A stretch of 64,000 nucleotides of DNA from Camelus dromedarius (Eukaryota). The stretch lies in assembly GCF_036321535.1 (NCBI RefSeq), contig NC_087472.1, forward strand, positions 102,860,001 to 102,924,000, written 5' to 3'. How positions within the stretch are numbered: the stretch's first letter is position 1; every line of letters begins with the position of its first letter. This document shows, one piece after another, positions 37,719 through 51,406 of this stretch. The translations under genes were made by a program, and so were the position numbers. Below the pieces are notes generated by a model. The model saw only the letters and a list, made by a program, of their open reading frames with translations. It made no database searches and had not been told where the DNA came from.

Positions 37719-38504
37719 TCTTGTTATCTTTTGGGGCCTCAGTTTCTTCATCAATAAACTAAATAACTTTACTAAATAACCTCAGATTTCTTCTAGCTTC
37801 AATCTTCTTTTCTAAAATAAACTCTCCTTCATTTCTATGTAGCTGAATATTTTTATCTTTTCTTATACTTCTAAAGCACACTGATTTAAGAACTGCTGCT
37901 CCTGTGGCTGGATATGTCAGTTCTATATTTAATGACACTCACTGGGCAATAGAAAGTCTTTCAACCATAGCTAAAGAGCCACACAAAAAGTGCAGAATTG
38001 AGCTCAGATAAACAGTATACATTTAACTTCTGGCTTTCAAAGTAAAAGTTTCAGAAAGTTCCCTTGTTTCTTTATTTACTGAAAATTAAATATGTCTCCT
38101 GGACAGACAGGTGTGAGGGGAAGTAGGGTCAGTATCTCCTATACTCCTGGGAAGCATTGATATTTTAGCTTACAGATTTCCAGCCAAAAAGGGTTGAATT
38201 AAGGCTTACCTTTGGGGATCAGTGATCATTAAACTCCTCCCTAGTAAGATATCTCTGTATTCATTTTTAATAACAACTTCTTCACTATACCATATACTTT
38301 CTTCACATAGCAAAATAACAGCATTCAATTTCTTTCAATATAGAAAGTTAATTTTCTCCTTTATTTTTCTTCCTTTTATTCGCTGCATTAGAAGAATCTA
38401 CAAAAATCTACTTCATCACCAGTACTGCCATTCCAGGTGGAATGCACACACAGGGCTGAGCTCTCCAGGCTAATGAAGGCTAAAGATTTGGGTGAAGCTC
38501 TATG

Positions 38505-38602
38505 GAGAAAGAAAGGAGAAGAGACAGAGAGAGAAAAAGAAAGAGAGAGAGAGAGAGAGAGAGTGTTTGTCTGTGTCTGTGTGTGTGTCTGTGTGTGTGT
38601 GT
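38505..38602. repeat. Compound (GA)n/(GT)n microsatellite
   Basis: Directly visible. Confidence 0.9.
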
Positions 38603-38659
38603 AGATAAACAGGGTATAGGGCTGAACTCTGGAAGGACTAGAGGGGAACAAGATATTGG

Positions 38660-39010
38660 GTATGGTAGGCTGCAAAATGCTACCACTCCCAAATACATCC
38701 GGCCCTAATCCCTGGAACCTTGTAAATATTATCTTATATGGAAACCAGATCTTTGCAGATGTGATTAAACTAAGGATTTTAAGATGAAGAGATTATCCAG
38801 GATTATCAGGGTGGGCACTAAATGCAATCATACGTATCCTTATAAGAGGAAGGTAGAGGGAGATTTGACAGATGAAACAGGAGAAGGTAATGTTACCCCA
38901 GAAGCAGAGAATGGAGTGAAACAGCCACAAACCAAGGAAGCTGGCAGCCATCAGAAGCTGGAAGAGGCAAGGAATGGACCATTCCTAGAGTCTCACCCTG
39001 CTGACATCTT
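38660..39010 (+). mobile_element. MaLR LTR (MLT1C/D-like)
   Basis: CCCTAATCCCTGGAACCTTGTAAATAT...TTTGCAGATGTGATTAAA...CAGAAGCTGGAAGAGGCAAGGAA. Confidence 0.8.
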
Positions 39011-40244
39011 ATTTCCTCCCAGTCATACTGTCAAGATCCTTAGTTTATTCACAACTGCAACTATCTTGTTTCCATATAAGGTAACATCTCTCTCTCCATC
39101 CCCCCACCCCCTACCCTCTGATGCTCAAGCAGATACCAAACTGGGGAATGATATGATGATTTCCCCTCATTGTAGGTTCCCCAGTCGCTAAGAATTATTT
39201 TATTCCTCCTCTCCCAATGCTTCCCATGGCTTCCTATGTGGAAAAGAAGAAAATCATTTATAAATATATATAGAGAGAGGGGAAGAGAATATATGTATTA
39301 TTATATATATTATAGTTACTTATGAAGTCGTATTTTCTAAAACAAGTTTAAGAATATAAGCATATATATTCATCAACTAGTGGAACTTTCAATGCAAAGG
39401 TACATTAACAATTTTCCTTTTTTGAAGACCCATTACCCTTGTCCTAGCCTAGAGACAAACACTCAGGGGATCTGGTGTAATCTGACTTTTTCCCATTGTC
39501 CCAGTGGCTCTGAACATTGCCCAGAAGCCAATTCAGTTCTTCATGGTTTGTTCAAGGAAGATTAGAGTTCAGGCTGATCTCCTTTATCTCCCTAGTTGGT
39601 GGAGAGCACAAAGAGTCCTGAGGCAAACCTCAAATCTAGCAGTCTGCTTGATAATCACTCTTCCTCGGTTTCTAAGGAAAGAGATCACTCTCTGACAGAA
39701 GCACCTACTGTGCTGTGGATTTATTATCTTAGCCCGTTTTAAGCACTCAAATAAACCTCAGATGCAAAGAAGTCTTGTCAAGAGTTACAGAAAAAGCTCT
39801 TTAAGCTGTAAGTTGTCAATAAAACGCTATTGAATTCACTTTTCCATTCTTCTGCTTGTCTTTAAAATCTCCAATTGATTTTTTTTCAGAATTCACAGTG
39901 TCACCCAGGTAGGACTGTTTCTAGTTGTTGGCAGAGAGTTCTCAATGAAACAGCAATTATTTGGTGCTCTTTTGGCAAATTCAGCAAGTATATCACGGAA
40001 AAGGGAAAGCTCTCCCCACAACCCGGCTTTTCTGGGGTTAGCATGTGTGTTTCTTGGCCAAATTCATTTCTCCTGCTCACTCCCTTCTGGTTGTGCACCT
40101 GCAATTTGATCATACACTATAATAACTCAATTTTGCTTAATCTGATTATTCTTGACTGAAAATGAAAAGCAATGTTTATATGATACAATGAACGATTTGT
40201 AAGGGGAAAGTGTTCAAAATTTTAGCAAACTGTAATAGTTTAAA

Positions 40245-40456
40245 TGTAGAATTTCTTTGCCTTAGCACCGTTGACATTTTATATTGAATAATTCTTTGTT
40301 GTGGGGAGAATGTCCATTGCATTCATAGGATGTTTAGCAGCACCCCTGGCTTCTACTCACCAGATGTCAGGAGCAGTCCCTTCCCTTACGTGGGACAACC
40401 AAAAATGTCTCTAGACATTGCCAAATGTCCCCAAGAAGGGGGGTTGAGAACCACTA
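40245..40456. mobile_element. MER20-like hAT MITE
   Basis: ATAATTCTTTGTTGTGGGG...GATGTTTAGCAGCACCCCTGGC...GACATTGCCAAATGTCCC...GTTGAGAACCACT. Confidence 0.8.
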
Positions 40457-40531
40457 GTTTAAACTGCAAATCTATTTTGAGAAGATGCTTGGAGCAGTCT
40501 GAGAGAGACTGTGTTGGAAATGTATACTAAA

Positions 40532-41010
40532 GTGTGGCAGCCAGCCTCCAAGATGGCTCCCAATGATCCTGCTTCCTGGTATTCACACCCTATGTGGTCC
40601 TCTCTCACACTTAATAGATCTGACCAGTGTAACCTGTAGGATATTATGGAACCAAGAGAATATGATTTTTTTAAGTAGGTCATAAGAGACATTGCTCTCC
40701 GAGATTACCTGCTCTGGGAAAACTAGCTGCCATGTCACAAGGACACTCATCAGCCCTATGGAGAGGTCCACATGGCAAGAGCCTTATGAGTAAGCCATCT
40801 TGGAAGTGGATCCTCCAGCTCCTGGGAAGCTGTGAGATGACTACATTCTGAGGCGACATCTTGACACAACCTCATGAGAGACTCTGAGCCAGAAGCACCT
40901 TGGAAACCACTCCTGGATTCCTAATGTACTGCAACTGCTTATTGTTTATTGTTGTTGTAAGCCTCTAAGTTTTAGGGTAATTTGTTACACAGCAATAGAT
41001 AACTGATAGA
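40532..41010 (+). mobile_element. MaLR LTR (MLT1F-like)
   Basis: GTGGCAGCCAGCCTCCAAGATGGCTCCCAATGATCC...GGGTAATTTGTTACACAGCAATAGATAAC. Confidence 0.8.
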
Positions 41011-41414
41011 GAGAAAACATTTCTCAGTCCAATAGTTTGTTTTTGTTTGTTTTATAAGATAGGCTTTTCTTTGATCTAGTTAAACAAAAGTTTAAAGAGT
41101 AGGTACTATTAATCATAGCATAACTGAAAGAAGAAGGATAGAAGCAGATCAAAAGAATAAAACTAAAGTTTTGGTTGGGAAGAAACAGAAAGCCTACTTT
41201 AACTGGCTAAATTTAGGGAGATGCCTAATTCCTAAAGTAACAAGACTCAGCAAATAAATAATTTAATAGATAAAAACATGTCTTTGTAAATGTTGACTTT
41301 TTATTAATAAATTGGGTTCCACTTAGAATGTTATTATGGGTCATTACAATGCTAATATTTGTTTAAAAAATTAAAATCACTATAGTTTATTTTGTAAGAT
41401 TATGCTGTCAGTGT

Positions 41415-41858
41415 TGTATGTCAGTTAACTACTGTCACACTAACACTGCATAACAAACCCCTTCAAAACCCACTGATGTACAATAACAAATATTTATTTC
41501 TTACTCATGCATCCTGGGGTCAGTCAGTTTGGCTGAACTTGGCTGGGCTTGGCTCCAGGCTATGGGTTCAGTGCATCTCTACTGCACACATCTCTCATCC
41601 ATCTTAGACCAGCAGTTTACTCGAGGCATGCCCTTCTCATGGCTATGACAGAAGTGCAAGTGTGTAGAGGAAAAACACCTGATATCTGCTTAAGGCCTAG
41701 ACTATGGCTATCACTTTTGCCCCCAACTCATTGACCATAGCAAGTCACATGGCTAAGTCTAACATCAATGTGGAAGGGAAGTACACTTCTCCCGCGGAGT
41801 TTTGGGGAAGTAGGGTGGGAAGGAATGAATATGTGCTGAGCAACAGTCTAATCTACAG
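41415..41858 (-). mobile_element. MaLR LTR (MLT1J-like)
   Basis: TGTATGTCAGTTAACTACTG...CAAATATTTATTTCTTACTCATG...GCAAGTCACATGGCTAAG. Confidence 0.65.
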
Positions 41859-44800
41859 GTTTTTTTTTTCTTTACTTTTTGTCTGTTTCTATACATTTAT
41901 CATTCTTATACTCTGTAGACAAATAGAAACATGTTTCACAATTTGTGAGCATGACTTACGCTTTGCAACTTACAAAGTTGATTACATGTATTATAAGGCT
42001 TCACTTTCTATCATTTTTCTGACAGGTACAATATTTTTTTCCTTTGGTTCATCAGGCTATTATATTAAAACATTATGGGGGATGGTGAGGCTTATCCCAT
42101 GGAGAGGGTGTCAATCTGGAATGCATTCAACGGCGAATAACATGAAACTCAATTTACAGTTACTGAAAAAAATAGGAGTTCATTTTTCTCATGTGACAAG
42201 CAGTTCAAAGGTAGGCAATCTTGGACATTTAGTATGATCAAAGACCCAGCTCTTTATCTCTTTCTGCCCCATGACTGTTAGTGTACTGACTTTTGTCCTC
42301 ATGGTTGTAAGATGCCTGGTGCAGCTTCATACATCAAGTCTACATTCCCAGCTAGAAGAAAGGACAGGGGACCAAGGCAGCTGACGGTTTTCTCTTGGGT
42401 TTAAAAAGCAAAACTTTCCCAGAACCACCCTCAGTAGATGTCCACTTATATCTCATTAGAAAATAAGGTTTCAAGTTCTATAGCTTTTATGATAAGAGAA
42501 GGCAAGGGTGAGAGCTGTTGGAAAGGGGTGTTGAGACAAACTATGGTATCTACCACAAGGGGACACATGTGATCCCTATACTTGACCATCTCTACCTCTA
42601 GGCAATCCTTACCTTCATGTACCCACTTGTAGTAAGCATAAAATACACATCCCAAGGGTACCCCCTGACTAAACAATACCCTTGTCCCTGGGCCTCTGTT
42701 CCACTTAGGAACTTGCCCATTTGAGCTTTTCTCCAGGCCACATAGAAATTAATCCTGAGTTTTCTGTATTGATTTAGAAGTTTTGATATTCTCAAGCAAT
42801 GTTATAACTTTTACTGATGTGAGAAATACCAGGCAGAGCTATTATTTTAAGGTTGTGTCTTTGGGCAAGTTAACTACTCTGGGCTCATTGAAAGAAAAAC
42901 TATCTTGCAGGGTTGCTGTAGAGATAATAAACTGTGTTTAAGAAGAGTCTCACACTTTGCCTGGTATTTAGAAGTTGAGTTTAGTTACTTGCAGCCAAGT
43001 GCATTCCCAATTGGTATACTCACTATGCTTTCAGCCTCGCCATGTATCACAATGTTTCAGGGTAATACTCTGAGGAACCAAAGGGATAAAGGGTACTTTT
43101 CAAAAAAGGAATACACTGTGAAGTCTTATAATCTGCAGCTGATACTATTACCATAATTGTTCTAGGATACTTCAATTCATTCTGATTGAACAGTTCATCC
43201 TCCTTTAAATATTTGGTAGCTTTGCAAGCATTTTCAGAGCATGAAAAGGCTATCAAGAATATGTCCAGAAACTGTATCCAGTATTGCTTCCATCAGGCTG
43301 CTAAGTTTGCATCATCATTAGGTACCATGCTTCTAGAATGGTCAGATGGTAAAAGGATGAGTGGGTAGAACTTTTTAAAATATGAAGGGGAAATACAGAG
43401 TAATATACAAATATCTTTCCTGAAACATAATCTCTAGGCCAGGTAGAAATGATCTTCTTCCTTCCCATCCTGTCCCCTCATCACCAAAGCTCCTCTCTGC
43501 TCCTCCTAACAGTGGAGGTAGGGCACTGGGAGAGAGAAAGACAGTCTCTGTCTGTGCCACCTTTTTCTAAAGACAAAAGCATTTGCTTTTTTTCTTTTCT
43601 TCTTATTCCTCAAATCCACTGGTTACACTTACACATATGCTATTTTCCACTCACTGTCCTAATTAGGATTCAGGTCTAACCACTCAGCTAAAAAGTTAAC
43701 TAGATCAAGAATCGATTAGACTACTCAGCCATTAACTGCACATGACATTAACCTGGATGAACAGACGCATGACCTGTTACAAATTCGTTGGTAGGTTAAG
43801 CGTTGATGTTGAATTTCCCTCAACTTCACACACTGTAAGTAATCATAGGTTCTCTCCCTTTATTATCAAAGATTAACCCAGTAATTTGGCGGTGAAGAGA
43901 CAGAAACCATCAAAATTTTAAAAAGTAAGTCTTTCTTCCTATTGTTAACATTCAGTGGTTACTTTGAATGCGAGCAGACTTAATTTTAATAATAGTCCTC
44001 AAGTCAAGGCGTCATTTAAAAATTTTCATTCTGCACATACTTTCATTTTAGATTAATTTGCATAATCCCAGTAAGTAGGAGGGTGGATACATGTTTTGCT
44101 CTCTTGCCAACTGATAGGTATGAAGAAAATGGTGATGGTACCGACAGCGGGGTCTTCTAAGTGTCATTAGCAACTAAACAAGAGAGAGGACAATCCTGAT
44201 ACTTTAGCAAGGTTTACCCAGACCCTGGATTTGCTTAAATCATCATAAAAGATCAAGGCTTGAAGATGCCTTAATAATCATATCCTCATTATACAGACAG
44301 CTGTTTGGTGTGTATGTATGAACACCATAGCGCAGAGATGCCTTGATATGTGTGTAACACCTACACCATAGGGCCAGTGCAGTAAGGATTCCTATATAAA
44401 GGAGATTCGCCTAAATCAATCCTAAAAAGTTAACACAGACATTGTGCCCCATTTCATAAGCAGAGATATGTCCTAATGCCAATTACCCTAGAAAAGGTAA
44501 GACATTGCCTTACTGCCATGCTATGTTAATGTTTGATATAAAATTCTTCCTTAAGAGCAATGTTTGGTAGAGGAGGGTCAAGGGAGCATGAGAATGCAGG
44601 GTACACGAAGTGAGATGGGAAAAGAAAAGATGAAGGAAAGGGGAAAGACAGGAAGGGGAGACTAGGGGGAGATGAAGCCAAAGAAGCCAGGTTACCACCT
44701 TCCCTGGGTGCTCCTGAATCCTAATGGTGCCTAAATACCCTTGAGACGAAACCATTGGTTCTCAAAGTGTGGTTCCCAGACCAGCAATATCAGCATCACT

Positions 44801-45562
44801 GAAGAACTTGTCTGGGCCCTACTGAATCAGAAATGACCCCTTCAGGTGATGCTGATGTATGCTCAAGTCTGAGAACCACCATCAGACCTTGGGCATGTCA
44901 AGGGCAGTGATCAGGGATCACCAACGCATCTCCACCACTGGAGCACGCTGGCATGCAGCCACTTAGTTGCTTGAATCAATACATTATTTTTGTTTGAGAA
45001 TAGGGAAGTCTTTTTCATGACAGCAAAACTGAATATAATAATGCCAAGTTGGGGGAATATATGAGAAGGAAGTGTTGAAAGTGGGGTGTATGAGAAGAAT
45101 CCCAATTTCACAGTTTGGGCCGGCACTGTCTCCTCCTGTTTATATAAGAAAAATACTCAGAAATATCACTTTAAAAGTAGGCTCCAAGTATTACAGAAAT
45201 AATTTTACTATCCTCTCTCCTTTTCATTTTTCACTTGGGCAACAGGTTAAAGTAGTAAACCATACGATCTTAACCTGTCGTGCAGTTGCTCATCAACATT
45301 TCAGATTGAATACCCTTTCTGTAGGAAGATATTCTGTTCATAGGAAATATTAATTTACATGGGAAACAATAACTCCATTTGAGAGCTTTTTGAAATAAAT
45401 ATTTTCCCATTAAAGCATTTGCTTTAAATGGTTTTCTTGAGGTTATCATATTAAGAGTTTTTTTTAAAAAAGAAGCAAATAAAAATACCCTTGTAGGTTA
45501 TATTTTAGCGTTTTGTGGCAGCCTGGTAAAGTCTGTCTGAGACCATTGTGAAGGTCATTGTC

Positions 45563-45775
45563 TAGGGCAGATGTTCTCATCGAGGGTGATTATGCTTCCC
45601 AGGGGATATTTGGCAATGTCTGGAGGCAGTTTTAATGTCCCAACTGGGAGGGAAGCTGCTACTAGCCTTGAGTGGGATGCTGCTAAACACCCTTCAGTGC
45701 ACAGGACACAGCCCCCCAAGAATGGAGAGTTACCCAGCACCAAATGTCAATAGCGCCACAGTGGAGAAGTATTGG
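45563..45775. mobile_element. MER20-like hAT MITE
   Basis: GGGGATATTTGGCAATGTCTGGAG...GGGATGCTGCTAAACACCCT...AAATGTCAATAG. Confidence 0.8.
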
Positions 45776-47275
45776 TCAGAGTCAGGCGACCCAGCTCCCT
45801 ACATTAGGGGAACCATGTCATTTATCATCTAAACCAGGACACTCTTGAGATGGAAAGGGGATGGTTGTAGTAGTTATGCCAGGACAACAGGCATAAACAG
45901 GGACAGTCCCAGGCAAAGCCCCTGTTTCTGCACCTAAAGGCTCCGGGAACCCAGGCAAACAATATCCTCTTCTGTAAAGTGAGGTGGTAAGATTAGCCCC
46001 AGGTCCCTTCCTGCTCCAACATTTCAGGTCCAGGGATGTAAGCCTTTAGCGTCCCAAGCACACAGTATTCTTTGTGTGTCACTTCCATCAGTCCATAAAC
46101 TCTTCCAGAGGAGGACTCTGTCTTATTCATTTTTCTGTCTCCTTTATTCTCTTAATATAAGCCCAGCAGAAACAGTATTTGTTGGACCGTATCCTTTCCA
46201 GCAGATTTACAACTTTCCACATCAGCAAAATGTTAACATGAAAGATTTTAATAACAAACATATTTTGATCATACTTCTCCATGGAGAATGCAGATGGGGC
46301 CTGACTTTTCCTTCTTGAGTTACTACCAAGATAATTTATCTTCTAACTTAGGACACTTTTGAGAGCAAAAGGGAATGCTGTTAATAACTACACCAGGATA
46401 ACAGGCATGACCTGAGAGGCAGGATTGCCTGAGCCAGTTGAAAAGTCATTAGGATTCAAATTGCCCACTAAACAGATGTGTGAGGCTGGAAAACACATTG
46501 TGCTCACCTTTTATAACTGCTGACCCCAATTATATGGCCTCTTTGAGGATAAAACACAGTTAGTTCCTTTCATCCACCTTGGATAATATTTGAATTTTTC
46601 CCTCATTCTTGCAAAGCCCAAAGTGCACCTTTCCCCACACATATTCCACGTTAGGCTTGCTGACCTTTTAAATGAAAAAAGTCCAGGAGCCCAGGTCACA
46701 TTAATTCCACTGAATTTTATCCCATTCCTCAGCTTATATGTTCAAACAGCACATCCTTTAGAGAATGCTGAGGCCCTTCATGATTCACTTGGGCAGGTGA
46801 CGAAAGGGAAGGCTCTGATCCTGTCTTCTCCTTCCTTCTGATGAAAATGGCAAAACATTTATCTCAGGGCCAGGAAGTTATAAAGTGAAAACAGGCTCTC
46901 CCCACTTATAGGCATTTACTTACTGACTTGTTTCCCTCTTCCAAAGTGTCCTTGTGAGTATTATTTACCTCTCTATCCCAAGATCTTGCATAAAGTGAGC
47001 ATTTAATATATGTTTATTGAATGAATGGATGGATGGATGAACCACAGAGAAATTCCACTTGTCACCAGTATGGATAGAAATTGATGATTCCAGGCTGTAC
47101 TCCATAAGTCTTGGGAGTAAAGAATCCTTGAGCTGGAAAGTCCCTTTCTCTCCTCCCCTGTCCTTCCTCCTTCACCAAATTGTTGATCCTTGCACAGCCA
47201 TGTAGCATTGTTCGAGGCAGAGGAATCAACTCAATGAAAGCCCATAGGCAACGGGAATGAAAAGAAAGGAAAGGC

Positions 47276-47957
47276 AAATAGAACTACCACGTGATCCAGC
47301 AGTTCCACTCCTGGGTATTTATCCGAAGAAAACCAAAACACTAACTAGAAAAGATATCTGCACCTCCATGTTCACTGCAGCATTATTTATAATAACCAAG
47401 ATGTGGAAGCAGCCTAAGTGTCCATTGATGGATGAATGGATAAAGATGTGGTATACAAAAACAATGGAAAATTATTCAGCCATAAAAAAGGGAAACCTTG
47501 CCATTTGCCACCATAGATGGACCTTGAGGGCATCATGCTAAGTGAAATAAGTTAGACAGAGAAGAACAAATACTGTATGATCTCACTTATACGTGGAATC
47601 TAAAAAAACCAAACCCATAGATACAGAGAACAGATTGGCGGTTGCCAAATTTGGGAGTTGGAGGGGGTGGGCAAAATGGGTAAAGGGGGTCAAAGCATAC
47701 AAACTTCCAGTTAAAATATAAATAAGTCCTGGGGATGTAATGTACAGCATGATGACTATAGGTAATACTGTACTGCATAGTTGAAAGTTGCTGAAAGAAT
47801 AGATCTTAAAAGGTCTCATCACAAGAAGAGAAATTTCTGTTAACTCGACTTATTATGGTGACCATTTCACAATATATACAAGCATCAGATCATTATACTG
47901 TACACCTGAAACTAACATAATGTTCTATGTCGATTATACCTTAAAAAAACCAAAAAG
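47276..47957 (+). mobile_element. 5'-truncated L1 with TSD
   Basis: Translates as IELPRDPAVPLLGIYPK; TSD AAAAGAAAGG(A/G)AAGGC at 47260-47275 and 47958-47973. Confidence 0.9.
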
Positions 47958-48709
47958 AAAAGAAAGGGAAGGCCACACTCCCCACCCAGGGTTAAAATGA
48001 GCTGATGTCGATAAAGGGTTTCTCAGCTGTAAAACACCATGATCACAATAATTATCATTATAATTATTTCAGTCTATTGGCGTCAGGTAACCCTTTTAGA
48101 ATGCTATTTTCTGAGCAGAGGAAATGAAGCTGGAAGGCTGGGAAGTTCTGTGCACTGGTCCTGATGATGCATGAGGTCTTCTCTGCAGCCCTGGGCCTTT
48201 TGTGCACAGCCTTTCACAATGCATCACTTTCCTTGCATCTTCATTCCCCAGATGGAGATTGAGAACTTTGTATATTCTGGGCACGGTGCTAAGTGCAAGG
48301 ATTAAAAAGTGACTAAGCAGTGAGGACCCTGACCTTTCACAAGTCATAACATTCCAAATTTAATTGCTATGTCACTTAAAAGAAGTTTGAAAATCCATGT
48401 AACTGCCTCACCCATTTTTAAGTTGGTATCTCATGTTTTCATCAGAAATTTAAATATTTATAAAGGTTAGAATTACCAATGTATTATAAATATGGACATT
48501 TTAAATTAAAGCAGATACATCATTTATTTAAATGTATCCAACAGAATCTAATTACCATTTGATACCTATCATCATTCATTTTTTTAATATAGAAAGAAAT
48601 GTTACAGTATTTTGTTTCTTCCTTAATCTCATATTTCAGTCCACTTCTCCCATAGAATTTTATCCTAGTGAAATTTATTTTTATATTTGAAAGAATCTGG
48701 TCATCCTAT

Positions 48710-48711
<2 letters not shown>

Positions 48712-48742
<31 letters not shown>
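48712..48742. repeat. (CA)n microsatellite
   Basis: Directly visible. Confidence 0.9.
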
Positions 48743-48744
<2 letters not shown>

Positions 48745-49085
48745 TTTTCCATGGGACCATCCAGCTCAACTATTCTTACCAAAGTATAGCTCGGCCGTGG
48801 CACCATTAGGTTCAAAGAATAGAGCTATTACACAGCTCTACTATGTAATAGCTGTGTCTTTGGGCAAGTTATTTAGCCTCTAGGAACTTCACTTTCCTCT
48901 CCCATAATACTGGGAAATCAATGTTGCCTATTTTGCAAGGTTGTTGCAAAGATTAAAATAATCAATATATATGAAAATACTTAGTCCAGTGCCTGGTGTA
49001 TAGTAAGCATTTAATAAATGATGGCTAATTATTAATCTACCAAGCAAAATACTTCTTCAATCACAATATAAGAGAGCCACCCTAC

Positions 49086-49841
49086 AACAAAAGCAAAAAT
49101 AAGCAAATAGAACCTAATCAAACTAAAAAGCTTTCACATAGCCAAAAAAAAAAAAAAAAAAAAGGAAACCATTAACAAAACAAAAAGGGCAACCTACTGA
49201 ATGGGAGAAGATATTTGCAAATGATATGTCCAATAAGTGGTTAATATCCAAAATACAAAAATAACTCATATAACTCAATATCAAGAAAGCAAACAACCCA
49301 ATTAAAAAATCAGCAGAGGACCTGAATAGGCATTTTTCCAAAGAAGACACGCAGAAGGCCAGCAGGCACAGGAAAAGATGCTCAACATCCCTAATCACCA
49401 GGGAAATGTAAATCAAAGCCACTATGAGATATCACTTCATAGCTGTCAGAACAGCTACTGTCAAAAATACAAGAAATAACAAGTGTTGGTGAGGATGTGG
49501 AGAAAAAGGAACGCTTGTGCACTGTATGTTTTTACTTATATGTGGAATCCAAAAAACAAAAGAAACAAATGTAACAGAACAGGAACAGACTCACAGATAG
49601 AAGACACTAGTGATTACCACAGGGAAGAGGGGTAGGGGGAGAGGCGAAATAGGTAAAGGGGATTAAGAGGGACAAACTGCCAGCTATAAAATGTAATGTA
49701 TAGCTATATAATGTAAAATATAATAACTCTGTATTGTTTGCAATCTAAAAAAAATACCAAATCACTATGATCCCTATGTTGTACACCTGAAAATAATACA
49801 ATGTTATGTCAACTATACTTCAATAAATTAAGAAAAAAAAA
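49086..49841 (+). mobile_element. 5'-truncated L1 with internal deletion and TSD
   Basis: ORF2 3' sequence, 3' UTR and A tail; TSD AGAGCCA(C/A)CCTAC at 49073-49085 and 49842-49854. Confidence 0.85.
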
Positions 49842-50339
49842 AGAGCCAACCTACCCAACATTTTCTTTCATGTATACTAGATCCATGATATTTTGTCCAA
49901 TTCTGCTTTTTTATTCCTAGAGTCCCTCACACAAACCACCAGTGTGCCAGGGATTTGTTTTCTAAAAGTACCTCAAAATTTGATGGATGAGCAAATTACT
50001 ACTTTCCTCTTGACAGAAGGACAAACTGTCCTGTCCTGACGGGACAAACTGTCAAAGTTTTTAATATAAGAACCCCAGAAAGGAGAGCTTTCTGGCCATT
50101 CTAAGGAGCTATGAGGAAATGACAAACTAAGAAGCACGTTTCTCTCTCCCCAACCCTTAGTTCGTAAATCACATGATTTATGCTAATCCTTCATCGAGAG
50201 TTGTGTCCAATGTGATCAATGCATGCTGTTTTCTGGTAATCCTATTAGCTTAGGATAACTTTTCAGGTAGTAACAGTGATCATTTCTTTGGTTTCCTCAG
50301 GAACACACCCAAGGGAAATGAATGCATATGATGAACAGA

Positions 50340-50990
50340 AAATTGGAGTGGCCTGGAAGCGGAACACTGGGAACTCTCATATACAGCTGGTGGGAGTGTA
50401 AAATTGTACGATTACTTTGGAAAACTTTTTGGTAGCTCCTTATAAAGTGAAAATCCCACTATCCTGTGACCAAGTTAATTCCACTCCTAGGTATTTACTC
50501 AAGAGCAACAAAACTATATGTTCACTGAAAGACTTGTACAAGAATATTTATTTTGCTTTATTCATAATAGCCAACAACTCAAATGTCCATCAGGACAATG
50601 GATAAACAAATTGTGGTATATGCACACAATGGAATACAACTCAGTAAGAAATCAGTATGGACCACTGATACACACAACAACATGGATGAATCTCAAAAAC
50701 ATTATGGTAAGTGGAAGAAGCAAAATATAAATGAGTACAGACTACATAGTTCCATTTATATGAAGTTCTAGAATCCACATTAATAGAAATCAGAATGGTG
50801 ATTACCTACAGAGAGGGGACATTGATTATAAAGGATTGCAAAGAACCTTATGGGTTATGGAAATGTTCTATGTCCTGAATGGGGAGGGAGTTACATGGGT
50901 GTATATCTTTATCAAAACTCATCAAACACTAAATATCTGTATGTTTCATTAGAGGTATATTATACTTAACTTTAAAAAAAAAAAAAAGAA
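50340..50990 (+). mobile_element. Old L1 3' end (L1MC-like)
   Basis: GCTGGTGGGAGTGTAAAATTG...ACAACATGGATGAATCTCAAAAACATTATG...ATGGAAATGTTCTATGTC plus an A tail. Confidence 0.8.
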
Positions 50991-51406
50991 TATTGAGAAA
51001 AAGAAAAAACATAGTAGTATCCAAACTTACAGTTGTAAGGAATCTTGAAGATCATTTCACCTTAATCTCCTCTATTTTGATGCCAGCAAATTCCATACAA
51101 TATGACTGCTAAGCTTCAACTAGAGGAAACACAAAATCATAGCCAGGTCTATTCCAGCTTCAGACATCCCCAGCTGGATCACACTACTTGGCTCACACTG
51201 GGCTGGCAGGTAACTAAACATTTTTGCCCCTACCAGCTAGGACTTCTCATGTGAACTCTTGTCAACCCTGAATGCCCTGACCCTGCTGTTCATCTTAGCA
51301 TAGTTCACATTTACACTGAGCAGTAACACTTCCTCCAGCGTCTTTAGAATTCCTCCTCTATATACCACCCATGGCCCCTGGAGTTGTCGTTTTAAGTAGA
51401 TTATCT

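Noticed and set aside
41704..42237. 177-aa plus-strand ORF
   Set aside because: Runs across MLT1 remnants and low-complexity sequence; no domain or exon signals.
43680..44460. Repeat-poor stretch that might be a conserved enhancer
   Set aside because: Cannot be supported without cross-species alignment or chromatin data.
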